From: an uncultured delta proteobacterium
GTDB taxonomy: Bacteria > Desulfobacterota > RBG-13-43-22
DNA length: 64,000 bases
Direction: 5' to 3'
NCBI GenBank assembly: GCA_963790475.1
Contig: CAWBOS010000006.1
Location: 224,001-288,000 of the forward strand
Shown here: positions 35,867 to 46,891 of the stretch, piece after piece
Numbering within the stretch: the stretch's first letter is position 1
Layout of the letters: every line of letters begins with the position of its first letter
Notes under the pieces: generated by a model
The model's input: only the letters and a program-made list of their open reading frames with translations
What the model was told of the DNA's origin: nothing
Databases searched by the model: none
Position numbers and translations under genes: made by a program

Positions 35867-36805
35867 GTGACGACATCGGTCATTCATCAGCCGGTAATGG
35901 TTCATGAAGTGGTTCAGTATCTTCGGTGTGAACAGGGAGGCCTTTTTGTAGACGGCACCCTTGGAACTGGAGGACATACCCTGGCCATTCTTCAACACAG
36001 TCCTGCAACAACCCAGGTTATCGGGATAGATCGCGACCCGGATGGTTTAGCCATAGCCCGGGAACGATTAAAATCTTTTTCAAATCAACTACGACCGGTT
36101 CAGGGAAAATTTGGAGACTTAAGAAAAATTCTTTCCGGTTTGGGGGTTAGGGCGGTGGATGGCATCCTTCTTGATCTGGGTTTTTCTTCATTTCAGATAG
36201 AAAGTCCAGGGAGGGGATTCAGCTTCCAACGGGATGATCCACTGGATATGAGGATGGATCAGACTCAGGGAATAAGCGCCCGGGACTGGCTGGCCCGGAG
36301 CAGCCCAAAAGAGTTAACCCGGGTCTTAAAAGAATATGGGGAAGAAAGATGGGCCAAAAGGCTGGCAGGAAAAATCTTGGCCAAGGGACCTATTACAACC
36401 ACTCGAGAGTTGGCTGAACTCGTCGCCGGGTCTATCCCCAGGGGGGGACGGATTCATCCGGCCACCCGGACTTTTCAAGCCCTGCGGATCTTGATTAATG
36501 ACGAGTTGACCCAATTGAAGGCCTTCTTGGAACAGTTTCTCGAAACTTTGAAGGATGGAGCGAGGGTCTGTTTGATTTCTTATCATTCATTAGAGGACCG
36601 ACTCATTAAGCAGTCCTTTCTAAAATTGGAACGAGGGCTCCTGGATCCCCTGGGAATGTCGGAGCCTGTACGACCGGAGGGTCAGCCGGTTTTTAAAAGG
36701 GTTATTTCCAAACCGGCAGTCCCCTCTCAGAATGAGATGAAGGAGAACCCCCGATCCCGGGGGGCAAAACTGAGGGTAGGAGAACGGTTAGGAGGGTCGG
36801 TGTGA
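35867..36805 (+). CDS. rsmH: 16S rRNA C1402 methyltransferase
   Basis: HQPVM, DGTLGTGGH, HPATRTFQALRI, HSLEDR. Confidence 0.97.
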   Translation: MTTSVIHQPVMVHEVVQYLRCEQGGLFVDGTLGTGGHTLAILQHSPATTQVIGIDRDPDGLAIARERLKSFSNQLRPVQGKFGDLRKILSGLGVRAVDGILLDLGFSSFQIESPGRGFSFQRDDPLDMRMDQTQGISARDWLARSSPKELTRVLKEYGEERWAKRLAGKILAKGPITTTRELAELVAGSIPRGGRIHPATRTFQALRILINDELTQLKAFLEQFLETLKDGARVCLISYHSLEDRLIKQSFLKLERGLLDPLGMSEPVRPEGQPVFKRVISKPAVPSQNEMKENPRSRGAKLRVGERLGGSV

Positions 36806-37128
36806 ACAGTTCCATCAAACCCCAACCCCATTCCAGGAAAAAACAGGTCAAGGAAAAACATCGCCTTGGCCCCCTGAAGTATTTGTCTATCCTTTTGGCC
36901 GTTTTTGTGCCGGGATTGCTGATTTTTATCTGGCTCCATGTCCAGACTATGAATTTAAGCTACGACATTGCCGCGGCCCAGAAACAAAAAGGCGAGTTGA
37001 TGGAAATCAGTAAAAAATTGCGTATCCAATTGGCCAACATGAAATCTCCGGAAAGGATCGAGGGTATCGCTTTAACCCAATTAGGATTGAGGGTTCCGGA
37101 AAAAGGGCAGATTGAGATTCTAAAATGA
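36802..37128 (+). CDS. ftsL: Cell division protein FtsL
   Basis: TM plus coiled coil, SPERIEGIA; position. Confidence 0.85.
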   Translation: MNSSIKPQPHSRKKQVKEKHRLGPLKYLSILLAVFVPGLLIFIWLHVQTMNLSYDIAAAQKQKGELMEISKKLRIQLANMKSPERIEGIALTQLGLRVPEKGQIEILK

Positions 37129-39119
37129 GGGAACCGGAATTCAAAAGGGTCCGTTTTCGTTTATATGGAGTCTTTGGACTGTGCTGCCTTCTCTTTGTTG
37201 TTATCATCGGCCGGGCCGTCCAACTCCAGTTGTGGGAGGGCCCCAAATTGGCCAGGATTGCCAAAAGTGAAATCGAGAAACTGATTCCCCGGTCCAATAA
37301 ACGGGGGGTCATTTATGACCGAAACCGTTTTGAATTGGCTATGACCGTTGAAATGGAATCCATATTTGCCCAACCCAAAGAAATAGAGAGCCTCCAGGAG
37401 GTTTCCCATCAATTGGGCCCTATACTTTCCATGGACCGGAAACACCTTTCCAATTTGCTTCATCAGTCAAAACCCTTTGTCTACCTGAAACGCCGGGCCA
37501 CCCCCAATGAATACGAGGCCGTAAAGGCCATGGGACTGGAAGGGGTGGCTTTTACTAAAGAAGGTCAGCGATTTTATCCCTATATGGACCTGGCCTGTCA
37601 TGTCATCGGGTTCGTCGGGATGGATCCCAATGGGTTGGAGGGATTGGAAAGACAATACAATTCCTATTTGAAGAGCCCTTATCTTTATGAACCCAGTGTC
37701 CGCGATGCCCTGGGAAGAGCCCTGTATTTAAATGACATGGAATCCATCCAGGAAAATGAAGGGTTAAGCCTGGTCTTGACCCTTGATAAAAACATTCAAT
37801 ATTTTACGGAAAAAGAACTAAAGAAAGGGGTGATCAAGTCTCAGGCCAAAGAGGGATTCGCCATTGTCCTGAACCCTAAAAGCGGGGAGATCCTGGCCCT
37901 GGCCAATTACCCGTCTTATAACTTGAATACCTTTCAGAAGGCCCCACCGGCCTCCAGGAGAAACCAGGCCTTAACCGATACCTTTGAGCCGGGATCCACC
38001 TTTAAGACTTTTTTATTGTCCGGTGCTTTGGAGGAAAAAACAGTCTCCCCCAATGATATGATTTTTTGCGAGAACGGAAATTATCGGGTGGGAAACCATG
38101 TGATTCATGACGCCCATCCCCATGGCTGGTTATCAGTTCAGGATGTGATCAAGGTTTCCAGCAATATCGGGGCCACCAAGATCGGGAAAAAATTAGGTCC
38201 CAAGACTTTTTATACCTATATAAAAAATTTCGGCTTTGGGAAACAAACTGCGATAGATCTGCCGGGGGAAGTCAATGGAGTGGTCTGGCCTTATAATCGC
38301 TGGGGAGAAATTGAGGCCGCCAATATCTGTTTCGGGCAGGGAGTCACGGTCACTGGGATTCAATTAGCCTCCGCCCTGGGGGCCATCGCCAATGACGGCC
38401 GTCTGATGAAACCCTATGTGGTTCGGCAGATACTCGATCAGAAAGGGAACCCGGTCAAACAGTTCCCTCCTCAACCGGTTCGGCAAGTCATCTCGCCGGA
38501 AACAGCCCGGCTGATGAGGACCCTCCTGACCCGGGTGACTGAGCCCGGGGGAACTGCGACTCAAGCGGCTATAGAGGGCATTTCGGTCGCGGGAAAGACA
38601 GGTACGGCCCAAAAAGTTTCCCCGGAAACCAAGCGCTATGCACCCGGGAGATATATCTCAACCTTTATGGGCTTTCTGCCGGCCGAGGCCCCTTCATTGG
38701 TCATTGTAGTTGTGGTCGACGAACCCAAGGGATCTCATTATGGAGGGGTGGTCTCGGCTCCCATTTTCAAGGGGATAGCGGAGCAATCCCTTTCTATTCT
38801 GGGAATAAGACGGCCGGCCCAGACCGTCCCCCAGGGGCAGCCCGATGAGCCACTTTACCAGAAACCGGATATGGCCCCTTTGCTCATGGCCCAAAAGGCC
38901 GGGGAAGAAGAGAAGGTCAGCGCAGAAGACTTGCAAAACAAGCGAATCATGCCCGATATCCGGGGAATGAGTATGCGCAAGGTGCTGGAGCTTATGAGAA
39001 GTTATGAAATCCCGGTCGTTCTCAGGGGGAGTGGAAAGGCCGTGGCTCAATCGCCTTTACCCGGGACCGTCTTAGGTCAGAGGACCCGCTGTCAGATCCA
39101 ATTTCAGCCGGTTCTGTAA
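37125..39119 (+). CDS. ftsI: Penicillin-binding protein FtsI with PASTA domain
   Basis: RGVIYDRN, PGSTFK, SSN, KTGT. Confidence 0.95.
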   Translation: MREPEFKRVRFRLYGVFGLCCLLFVVIIGRAVQLQLWEGPKLARIAKSEIEKLIPRSNKRGVIYDRNRFELAMTVEMESIFAQPKEIESLQEVSHQLGPILSMDRKHLSNLLHQSKPFVYLKRRATPNEYEAVKAMGLEGVAFTKEGQRFYPYMDLACHVIGFVGMDPNGLEGLERQYNSYLKSPYLYEPSVRDALGRALYLNDMESIQENEGLSLVLTLDKNIQYFTEKELKKGVIKSQAKEGFAIVLNPKSGEILALANYPSYNLNTFQKAPPASRRNQALTDTFEPGSTFKTFLLSGALEEKTVSPNDMIFCENGNYRVGNHVIHDAHPHGWLSVQDVIKVSSNIGATKIGKKLGPKTFYTYIKNFGFGKQTAIDLPGEVNGVVWPYNRWGEIEAANICFGQGVTVTGIQLASALGAIANDGRLMKPYVVRQILDQKGNPVKQFPPQPVRQVISPETARLMRTLLTRVTEPGGTATQAAIEGISVAGKTGTAQKVSPETKRYAPGRYISTFMGFLPAEAPSLVIVVVVDEPKGSHYGGVVSAPIFKGIAEQSLSILGIRRPAQTVPQGQPDEPLYQKPDMAPLLMAQKAGEEEKVSAEDLQNKRIMPDIRGMSMRKVLELMRSYEIPVVLRGSGKAVAQSPLPGTVLGQRTRCQIQFQPVL

Positions 39120-39136
39120 CATAAGAAAGAGCTTTT

Positions 39137-40663
39137 TTGCAACTTAATGAATTATTGAAAGCCATACCCGGGGCGGTGATTAAAGGGACTGCGGCCCTGG
39201 AAATAAATAATCTCGCTTATGACTCCCGTAAGGTTATGGACCAAGGATTGTTCGTGGCCATAAGGGGGCACAAGGTCGATGGGCATCGCTTTATAGATCA
39301 AGCGATCTTAAAGGGGGCTCGGGCTGTTGTGGTCGAGGAAGAGGGGTGGCCGGTCCCTTCTTCGGTAACTCGAATCAAGGTCAAGAACAGCAGGCAAGCC
39401 CTATCCGGATTATCGGCCTGTTTTTTCGGCTATCCGGCTTCCGGACTACATTTGATCGCTATCACCGGAACCAGCGGAAAGACGACCACTTCATATTTGG
39501 TGGAATCGATATTAAAGGCGGCTGGGTTTTCGGTTGGTGTTTTGGGAACGGTCTCTTGTCGCTATGGGTCCTGCGTAAAACCGTCACCGGTCACCACGCC
39601 GGAATCTCTGGACTTGCAGGCCCTTTTGGCCGAGATGGTCAGGGAGAAAATAACCCACGTAGTGCTGGAGGTTTCCTCCCATGCCCTGGATCAGGGAAGG
39701 TTAGGGGAAATGGTTTTTGATCAGGCAGTGTTTACCAATCTGTCTCAGGACCACCTGGATTACCACCAGGACATGGAAAGGTATTTTCAGACCAAAACCA
39801 AATTGTTTAATCAACATCTAAAAAGAGACGGGCAGAGTCTGTCAATCATCAATCGGGATGATCCTTATGGACAAAGGCTTTGGCGGGAATGTCCGGACCC
39901 CAAAAAAGATTATGGAATTAAGAACCGGGCCGCTTACTTCCCTTTGGAAGTCCGCTCAAGCTTGAACGGGATTGAAGCACGGATCCAGACTCCCAAGGGA
40001 GAATATACCCTGAGGTCCCCCTTGATCGGAGAATATAATATTTATAATATCCTGGCTGCCTGGGCCGTGGGAGAGGGATTTTCTCTGGAGGGGGGGACTG
40101 TCCAAAAGGGGCTTGAGGTCCTTGCCCTGGTCCCCGGCCGAATGGAGCCGGTCCCGAATAAAAAAGGATTAACCATCCTGGTGGATTATTCCCATAAACC
40201 AGGGGCCTTGCGTTTTGCATTATCTTCTTTGAAGGGATACGGCCAGGGAAAAATCCTGACCGTATTCGGTTGCGGAGGGGAACGGGATCGAGGAAAACGA
40301 CCGCTAATGGGCCGGATTGCCGGAGAGCTAAGCCACCTGACGATAGTTACTTCGGATAACCCAAGGTCCGAGGACCCCATCAAGATCATGCAAGACATTG
40401 AACAAGGGCTCAAAGACCAGGGCGTAAGCTTTCTGGAAAGCGATGAATTAAAAGAAATCCCGAAATCTCCGGGATATACCATGGTCCAGGATCGAAGGGA
40501 GGCCATTGCTTTGGCTGTCCGTTTGGCCCGGCCCGGAGACAAGATCCTGATTGCCGGAAAAGGGCATGAAACCTATCAGCTTCTGGGGTCGACCATTATT
40601 GATTTTGATGATCGGATTGAAGCCCGGAAGGCTTTAGAGGCTATAGATGTTCAATACGGATAA
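39137..40663 (+). CDS. murE: MurE ligase
   Basis: TGTSGKTT, EVSSHAL, DHLDYH, DNPR, GKGHE. Confidence 0.96.
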   Translation: MQLNELLKAIPGAVIKGTAALEINNLAYDSRKVMDQGLFVAIRGHKVDGHRFIDQAILKGARAVVVEEEGWPVPSSVTRIKVKNSRQALSGLSACFFGYPASGLHLIAITGTSGKTTTSYLVESILKAAGFSVGVLGTVSCRYGSCVKPSPVTTPESLDLQALLAEMVREKITHVVLEVSSHALDQGRLGEMVFDQAVFTNLSQDHLDYHQDMERYFQTKTKLFNQHLKRDGQSLSIINRDDPYGQRLWRECPDPKKDYGIKNRAAYFPLEVRSSLNGIEARIQTPKGEYTLRSPLIGEYNIYNILAAWAVGEGFSLEGGTVQKGLEVLALVPGRMEPVPNKKGLTILVDYSHKPGALRFALSSLKGYGQGKILTVFGCGGERDRGKRPLMGRIAGELSHLTIVTSDNPRSEDPIKIMQDIEQGLKDQGVSFLESDELKEIPKSPGYTMVQDRREAIALAVRLARPGDKILIAGKGHETYQLLGSTIIDFDDRIEARKALEAIDVQYG

Positions 40664-42041
40664 ATTGGCCTGGGACGAATTGATTTCCGGCCTGTCCGGC
40701 CGGCTGGTTCAGGGAAATCTAAGCCGAAAGGCCATTGGGGTTTCAACCGATACCAGGTCTCTTGAACCCGAAAATCTCTTCGTAGCCTTAAGAGGCCCCC
40801 GTTTTAACGGCCATGATCATATCCTCCAGGCCTTTGAAAAAGGGGCATCAGCCGTCCTGGTTTCCGACCCTGTCCCCTCGGGGAAATTGCCCGCGGATAG
40901 GGGGGTTATTGAGGTCGAAGATACACTTAAAGCCTTGGGAGATTTAGCGGGCCTCTGGCGCAGGAAGTTTCCCGTGATCCTGACTGGGATCTCAGGGAGT
41001 AATGGTAAAACCTCAACCAAGGAAATGCTGGCCGCCATTCTGGAATTGGAAGGCCCGACCTTGAAGAATCCAGGGAACCTGAATAACTGGATCGGAGTAC
41101 CGTTAAGTCTTTTTTTTTTAAATGAGGATCATCGATTCGCTGTTATGGAAATGGGCATGAATCATTCCGGGGAAATCACTCGATTGTGTCAAATAGCCCA
41201 GCCTTCGGTTGGTCTTTTAACCAATGTCGGGCCGGCTCATTTGGAGGCCTTTGGAACACTGGAGGCAGTGGCTAAGGCCAAGGGCGAACTCTTTGAGGCC
41301 CTTGAACCAGACCACTGGGCAGTGATTAATCTTGATGATTCAAGGATAAAAGAACTGGCTCGAATTTGCAAAGCCCGAAAAATAACTTTTGGTCTAACCC
41401 CTGAGGCTCAGGTCCGAGCAGAACCAATTGAAATATCCGACCGGGGGGTCCGATTCCGAATCCTCTTTCAAGGGGAAGAAGAGGTATTCCTGCCTGTTCA
41501 GGGAGAACATAATATCGGCAATGCCTTGGGGGCTGCGGCGACCGCTTTGGCCCTGGGGCTTTCCCTGCAGAAAGTCAAGCAAGGTCTGGAGCATCTTCAT
41601 CTTCCGGAGCATAGGTTGCAGATTAAAAAAGGCCTAGGGGGCCTCCGGTTGATAGATGATGCTTATAATGCCAATCCGGCCTCCATGAAAGTCGCCCTAA
41701 AGGCCTTCGATTCTTTAAGACAAGGGAAGGGGGGAGGATTGGTCCTGGGCGATATGCTGGAGCTTGGGGATCAAGCGCTGGAAGCACACCGGCAACTCGG
41801 TCGGTGGGTAGGGGAGATGGGGGTGGATTATCTCTTTGGCTTAGGCCCATTGTCCGAGGAGGTGGTGAAAGAGGCACAAAAAGCGGTCCATCCACCGCTA
41901 AAGGCCTTCGGGGTGTTGAACTCTAAAGAAATAATCGATCTTTTGCCGGGCATCATCCGGGAAGGGGATTGGGTGTTGATTAAAGGATCTCACGGTATGG
42001 ACATGGAAGCCATTGTCAGGGCCTTGGAGGATCAGGAATAA
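40647..42041 (+). CDS. murF: MurF ligase
   Basis: GSNGKTSTK, EMGMNH, DDAYNANP, KGS. Confidence 0.96.
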   Translation: MFNTDKLAWDELISGLSGRLVQGNLSRKAIGVSTDTRSLEPENLFVALRGPRFNGHDHILQAFEKGASAVLVSDPVPSGKLPADRGVIEVEDTLKALGDLAGLWRRKFPVILTGISGSNGKTSTKEMLAAILELEGPTLKNPGNLNNWIGVPLSLFFLNEDHRFAVMEMGMNHSGEITRLCQIAQPSVGLLTNVGPAHLEAFGTLEAVAKAKGELFEALEPDHWAVINLDDSRIKELARICKARKITFGLTPEAQVRAEPIEISDRGVRFRILFQGEEEVFLPVQGEHNIGNALGAAATALALGLSLQKVKQGLEHLHLPEHRLQIKKGLGGLRLIDDAYNANPASMKVALKAFDSLRQGKGGGLVLGDMLELGDQALEAHRQLGRWVGEMGVDYLFGLGPLSEEVVKEAQKAVHPPLKAFGVLNSKEIIDLLPGIIREGDWVLIKGSHGMDMEAIVRALEDQE

Positions 42042-42044
42042 GCC

Positions 42045-43124
42045 ATGCTGTATTATCTGTTATATGCCTTACATAATCAGCTCTCTTTCTTTAATGTCTT
42101 CCGGTATATCACCCTGAGGACCATCTATTCCACCCTGACGGCCTTGTTGATCACCTTTCTCCTCGGGCCTTATGTGGTGAGGCTTCTAACCAGATACCAG
42201 ATCGGGCAGTATATTCGGGAGGATGGTCCCAGTTCCCATTTGAGTAAAGAAGGAACCCCAACCATGGGTGGGGTGTTGATACTTTTTGCCGTCTTTGTGG
42301 CTACCCTTTTCTGGGCCGATCTGACCAATGGGTATATCTGGCTGGTCCTGCTGGTCACTCTCTGTTTTGGAGGGATCGGGTTTCTGGATGATTATTTGAT
42401 GTTGATCAAAAAGAAGAATAAAGGATTGAGTGGCAGGTCCAAATTTATCCTGCAGATCGGGATCGCCCTGGTGCCAGCCATTTTTTTGTATCTGAATTTT
42501 AGATATAATACCCGTTTAAACATCCCCTTTTTTAAAACCCTGACCCCCGATCTTTATTGGGGGTATATCCTTCTGACCTTGGTTATTATCGTGGGAACTT
42601 CCAATGCCGTGAATCTGACTGACGGATTGGATGGTCTGGCTATCGGCCCGGCGACGATCGCCTTCGGCACCTTTTTACTGCTTAGTTACCTGAGCGGAAA
42701 TGTCAAGATTGCCAACTATCTGCAGATCCCTTTTGTTCCCGGAACCGGGGAACTTTCTGTTTTTTGCGGGGCCATGGTCGGGGCGGGAATGGGCTTCCTG
42801 TGGTTTAACAGCTATCCGGCCCAGCTCTTTATGGGGGATGTAGGCTCTCTGTCTCTTGGGGCCGCACTGGGAACGGTAGCCGTTATTACTAAAAATGAAA
42901 TCTTATTAATCATTGTCGGAGGGATTTTTTTGATGGAAGCCCTCTCGGTCATCTTTCAGGTGGGTTATTTCAAGATAACTCATGGGAAGCGGATTTTCCG
43001 AATGGCCCCCTTACACCATCATTTTGAATTAAAGGGCTGGCCGGAACCGAAGATAATCGTCCGGTTCTGGATCATTGCCGTGATTTTAAGTTTAATATCT
43101 TTGAGTACCTTGAAACTGCGTTAG
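42045..43124 (+). CDS. mraY: Phospho-MurNAc-pentapeptide transferase
   Basis: [29 protein letters not shown]. Confidence 0.97.
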   Translation: MLYYLLYALHNQLSFFNVFRYITLRTIYSTLTALLITFLLGPYVVRLLTRYQIGQYIREDGPSSHLSKEGTPTMGGVLILFAVFVATLFWADLTNGYIWLVLLVTLCFGGIGFLDDYLMLIKKKNKGLSGRSKFILQIGIALVPAIFLYLNFRYNTRLNIPFFKTLTPDLYWGYILLTLVIIVGTSNAVNLTDGLDGLAIGPATIAFGTFLLLSYLSGNVKIANYLQIPFVPGTGELSVFCGAMVGAGMGFLWFNSYPAQLFMGDVGSLSLGAALGTVAVITKNEILLIIVGGIFLMEALSVIFQVGYFKITHGKRIFRMAPLHHHFELKGWPEPKIIVRFWIIAVILSLISLSTLKLR

Positions 43125-43139
43125 GTATAAGGACCTTAT

Positions 43140-44504
43140 TTGAACTTTCATGGTAAAAAAACCCTGGTGGTCGGTCTGGGGAAAACGGGGATGGCCCTGG
43201 TATCCTTCTTATTGAAAGAAGGGGCCCAGGTGATGGTTTCCGACTACCGGGAATTATCTGAACTTAAAGAGATGGTATCCGCCTTTAATGGGTCCGGTCC
43301 TTCTTTAGTTCTTGAGGGGGGAGGTCACCGTACGGATTTTTTCTTGACGGCGGAGATGGTTTTAGTCAGCCCCGGGATCCCCCTGGACATTCCGGCCCTG
43401 AAGGCCGTCCGGGAAATCGGAACCCCGATCCTTGGTGAAATTGAAGTGTTTGCCGACCGTTCAACTGCTCCGGTGGTAGCCGTGACCGGAACCAACGGCA
43501 AAACCACCACTACGGCGTTATTGAACGAAATGCTGGTCAATTCCGGGAAAACAACATATTTGGGCGGAAATATCGGACGGCCTCTGATGGACTATATCCT
43601 GAATGGACAGAACAAAGACATCGTAGTCGCTGAAATCAGCAGTTTTCAGTTGGATACCACTACCCACTTTTCTCCCAAGGTCGGGCTCCTATTGAATATC
43701 ACCGAAGATCATCTGGACCGCTATCCCGACTTCAAGGCCTATACGGCCTCCAAGGCTTCCCTTTTTCGCAACCAGGGGGAAATTGATGCGGCGGTGATCA
43801 ATTGGGACGACCCGATCTGCCGTTCGATTGGAGAAGGTCTTTCCGGACCGGTCTTTTTTTTCAGCCGGGAGAGAAAAGTTCCCCAAGGGGCTTATCTGGA
43901 CCGGAACCAGGCCCTGGTTTTTTTGGGAGGAACCGGAGAGTCCTATGATTTGAACGGATTTGCTCTGCCTGGAATTCACAACCAGGAAAATGCCCTGGCG
44001 GCCATCCTGGGAGCCCGCCTGATGGGGGCCGATCCCTCGGCTGTTCAAAAAACCCTTTTGACTTTTAAGGGATTCGGCCATCGATTGGAATATGTCGGTG
44101 CGGTTAAGGGAATAGAGTTTTATGATGATTCCAAGGCCACCAATGTAGGGGCTGTAGTCAAGGCCCTGGAGGGTTTTATAAAACCGATTATCCTGATTGC
44201 CGGAGGCCGTGACAAAGGGGGAAATTATTATCCTCTCCGGGAATTGATTCAACGCAAGGTAAAGAATTTAATTTTGATCGGCGAGGCCCGGGAAATCATG
44301 ATGAAACAACTGGGGGGGTTGACCAAGACTGAATACGCCGGCACCCTCGAAGAAGCGGTCCTTCGTGCCTTTCAAGAAGGCCGACCAGGGGACATAGTCC
44401 TTTTGTCTCCGGCCTGTTCCAGTTTTGATATGTTCCGGGATTATGCCCAGCGGGGGGATATATTTCAAAAGACGGTCAGGGAATTGGGCGGGGTTGGGAA
44501 ATAA
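43140..44504 (+). CDS. murD: MurD ligase
   Basis: GTNGKTTT, SSFQL, DSKATN, SPACSSFD. Confidence 0.96.
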   Translation: MNFHGKKTLVVGLGKTGMALVSFLLKEGAQVMVSDYRELSELKEMVSAFNGSGPSLVLEGGGHRTDFFLTAEMVLVSPGIPLDIPALKAVREIGTPILGEIEVFADRSTAPVVAVTGTNGKTTTTALLNEMLVNSGKTTYLGGNIGRPLMDYILNGQNKDIVVAEISSFQLDTTTHFSPKVGLLLNITEDHLDRYPDFKAYTASKASLFRNQGEIDAAVINWDDPICRSIGEGLSGPVFFFSRERKVPQGAYLDRNQALVFLGGTGESYDLNGFALPGIHNQENALAAILGARLMGADPSAVQKTLLTFKGFGHRLEYVGAVKGIEFYDDSKATNVGAVVKALEGFIKPIILIAGGRDKGGNYYPLRELIQRKVKNLILIGEAREIMMKQLGGLTKTEYAGTLEEAVLRAFQEGRPGDIVLLSPACSSFDMFRDYAQRGDIFQKTVRELGGVGK

Positions 44505-45682
44505 TGGCTTCCTTATTTACAGAAAGACCAATGCCGGATTTTCAGGAAAACTTCGGAGGTGATGGGGACAGGACCGATCGGAAAATCGATTTGGTCTGGT
44601 TAGGGGTAACTATGACCCTGGTCATCTTCGGGATCGTCATGATTTACAGTGCCAGTTCCGAGTTGGCCGCCAAGCGGTATCACAATAGCTTTTATTTCGC
44701 CCAGAAACAAATGGTTTTCGCTTTCTTCGGGTTTTTGGTCATGATCGCCTTCCGGTTCATCCCTTACCAAAAGTTTCAAAAATGGGGTTTCTGGCTCATG
44801 CTGGGAACTTTATTAAGTCTAATTCTGGTCCTGATCCCTGGGATCGGCTCCCGCATGGGCGGGGCTTCCAGATGGTTTCGATTGGGCGGAGTATCGTTTC
44901 AGCCGGCGGAATTTTCCAAATTGGTCCTGGTCATTTTTTTAGCCGGATCCATGATGCGGAACCATGATCAGATGCAAGACTTATTTAAGGGCTTTGTTTT
45001 TCATTGGGGTGTGGTCGGTGTATTTATTGTTTTGATTCTCCTCGAACCCGATCTGGGGATGGTCATTACCCTGGTCCTGATCACCGGGATCATGCTCTTC
45101 GTGGGCGGAGTGCGGATCAAACATTTAATTCTTTCCATCATACCCATGATCCCTTTAGCCTATTTACTGGTCTGGAGGGTCCCTTACCGCCGGATGAGGG
45201 TCTTGTCGTATCTAGATCCCTGGAAGGACCCCTTGGGTTCGGGATTCCATCTCAAACACTCTTTCCTGGCCTTCGGCTCCGGCGGCTTTGCCGGACGTGG
45301 TCTTACCGGGAGCCAGCAAAAACTCTTTTATTTACCCGAACCTCATACGGATTTCATCTTTTCAATTATTGGTGAAGAGTTCGGCTTTGTCGGGGTTTTT
45401 ATCATCGCGGCCCTATATTTGGTTCTGATTATCAAATGCCTCCAGCTGGCCCTCAAGGTGAAAGACCTCTTTGGAATGCACCTGGCAGTAGGAATCACGG
45501 TAATGATCGGGTTTCAGGCCTTGATCAATATGTTGGTGGTTATGGGACTTCTCCCGACCAAGGGTTTGACCCTGCCCTTTCTCAGTTATGGCGGGTCTTC
45601 TCTTCTATTGAATATGATTTGTATCGGGATCCTGATGAATATTACCGCCCAGAATCAGGAGGAAAAGGGGTGCGCATCCTGA
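44504..45682 (+). CDS. ftsW: SEDS protein FtsW
   Basis: QPAEFSK, EPDLG, PEPHTDFI, LPFLSYGGS. Confidence 0.96.
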   Translation: MASLFTERPMPDFQENFGGDGDRTDRKIDLVWLGVTMTLVIFGIVMIYSASSELAAKRYHNSFYFAQKQMVFAFFGFLVMIAFRFIPYQKFQKWGFWLMLGTLLSLILVLIPGIGSRMGGASRWFRLGGVSFQPAEFSKLVLVIFLAGSMMRNHDQMQDLFKGFVFHWGVVGVFIVLILLEPDLGMVITLVLITGIMLFVGGVRIKHLILSIIPMIPLAYLLVWRVPYRRMRVLSYLDPWKDPLGSGFHLKHSFLAFGSGGFAGRGLTGSQQKLFYLPEPHTDFIFSIIGEEFGFVGVFIIAALYLVLIIKCLQLALKVKDLFGMHLAVGITVMIGFQALINMLVVMGLLPTKGLTLPFLSYGGSSLLLNMICIGILMNITAQNQEEKGCAS

Positions 45683-46806
45683 TTGTCGGTGGGGGCACGG
45701 GAGGACATTTGTTCCCAGCCATAGCGTTGGCCGAAGCTTTTATAAAAAAGGACCCGGAAAATCAGATCCGGTTTGTCGTCACCCGGCGGCCCTTAGATGC
45801 GCAGGTATTGGGGGAAAGGGGATTTTCTTTCAAGGTGCTGAATGTGGAGGGGATAAAAGGCAAGGGAGCAGCGGGGAAGATACGGTCGATGGCCCTTCTT
45901 CCCCGGGCCTTTAAAGAATCTTTGAAAATGATTGAAGAGATCCGGCCGGAAGTCGTCTTGGGGGTTGGCGGATATGTGACCGGTCCCATGGTTTTGGCTG
46001 CCCGGTGGAAGGGTATTCCCTGTGCCATACAAGAACAAAACTCGATCCCCGGGATGACCAACCGCATGTTGGGGAAGGTGGCCGACCGGATATTTCTGAC
46101 CTTTGACGATCAGGGGTCCTATTTTTCGAAAAGAAAAAGCCGCCTGACCGGCAACCCTATTCGAAAGGGATTGATAGCGGCCTCCGGTCACCTGGTTTCC
46201 AATTCAGGCCCTCTGACCATAATGATCCTCGGGGGCAGCCAGGGGGCCCATCGGATCAATCAGGCGGTTTTGAACGATCTGGATGAACTGGGGTCTTTGA
46301 AAGATGACCTTTATTTTATTCATCAGACCGGGGAAAAAGATGAAAAGGAAATGAACCTGGCCTATCAGGAAAAGGGGTTCCACCACCAGGTCAGGGTCTT
46401 TATTTCTGATATGGCGGGAGCTTACCAAAAGGCGGATATGATCATCGGACGGGCCGGGGCCACGACCTTAAGTGAGATAACGGCCCTGGGCAAACCCAGT
46501 TTATTGATCCCATTTCCTTTTGCCGCCAATAATCATCAGGAACACAATGCCCAGGCCCTGGTCAAGGCCGGGGCAGCGGAAATGATCTTAGAGAAAGAAA
46601 TAAAACCCGGCCTCCTGGCTGAACACATAAGGAATTGGCTGACTAATAAGGACAAATTGACGGCCATGGGAAAAAAGGCCGGGACGCTGGGGCGAAGGCA
46701 GGCTGCTGAGGAAATTGTGGAAGCATGCTACCAATTGGTTGAAGAAAAAAAGAGATCGAAGGAAATAAGTAGAGTGAGGTGTGTAAGGTTCAGGGGAAAA
46801 CCGTAA
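45670..46806 (+). CDS. murG: MurG glycosyltransferase (GTG start at 45670)
   Basis: GGGTGGH, EQN, GGSQGA, RAGATT. Confidence 0.95.
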   Translation: MRILIVGGGTGGHLFPAIALAEAFIKKDPENQIRFVVTRRPLDAQVLGERGFSFKVLNVEGIKGKGAAGKIRSMALLPRAFKESLKMIEEIRPEVVLGVGGYVTGPMVLAARWKGIPCAIQEQNSIPGMTNRMLGKVADRIFLTFDDQGSYFSKRKSRLTGNPIRKGLIAASGHLVSNSGPLTIMILGGSQGAHRINQAVLNDLDELGSLKDDLYFIHQTGEKDEKEMNLAYQEKGFHHQVRVFISDMAGAYQKADMIIGRAGATTLSEITALGKPSLLIPFPFAANNHQEHNAQALVKAGAAEMILEKEIKPGLLAEHIRNWLTNKDKLTAMGKKAGTLGRRQAAEEIVEACYQLVEEKKRSKEISRVRCVRFRGKP

Positions 46807-46825
46807 ACCGTACACCTTAATACCG
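46771..46825. repeat. Inverted heptamer pair at murG 3' end
   Basis: gtgaggtgtgtaaggttcagggg versus ccgtaaa/ccgtaca/ccttaat. Confidence 0.6.
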
Positions 46826-46891
46826 TTTGCTGAAAGCTACTTTGAACCATTGAGCTCCTAAATTCTGGACCATAGTCAACAAGGAAATAAA

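Noticed and set aside
45436-45669. 456-aa MurG with N-terminal extension
   Set aside because: The extension overlaps ftsW; the conserved sequence begins at GTG 45670.
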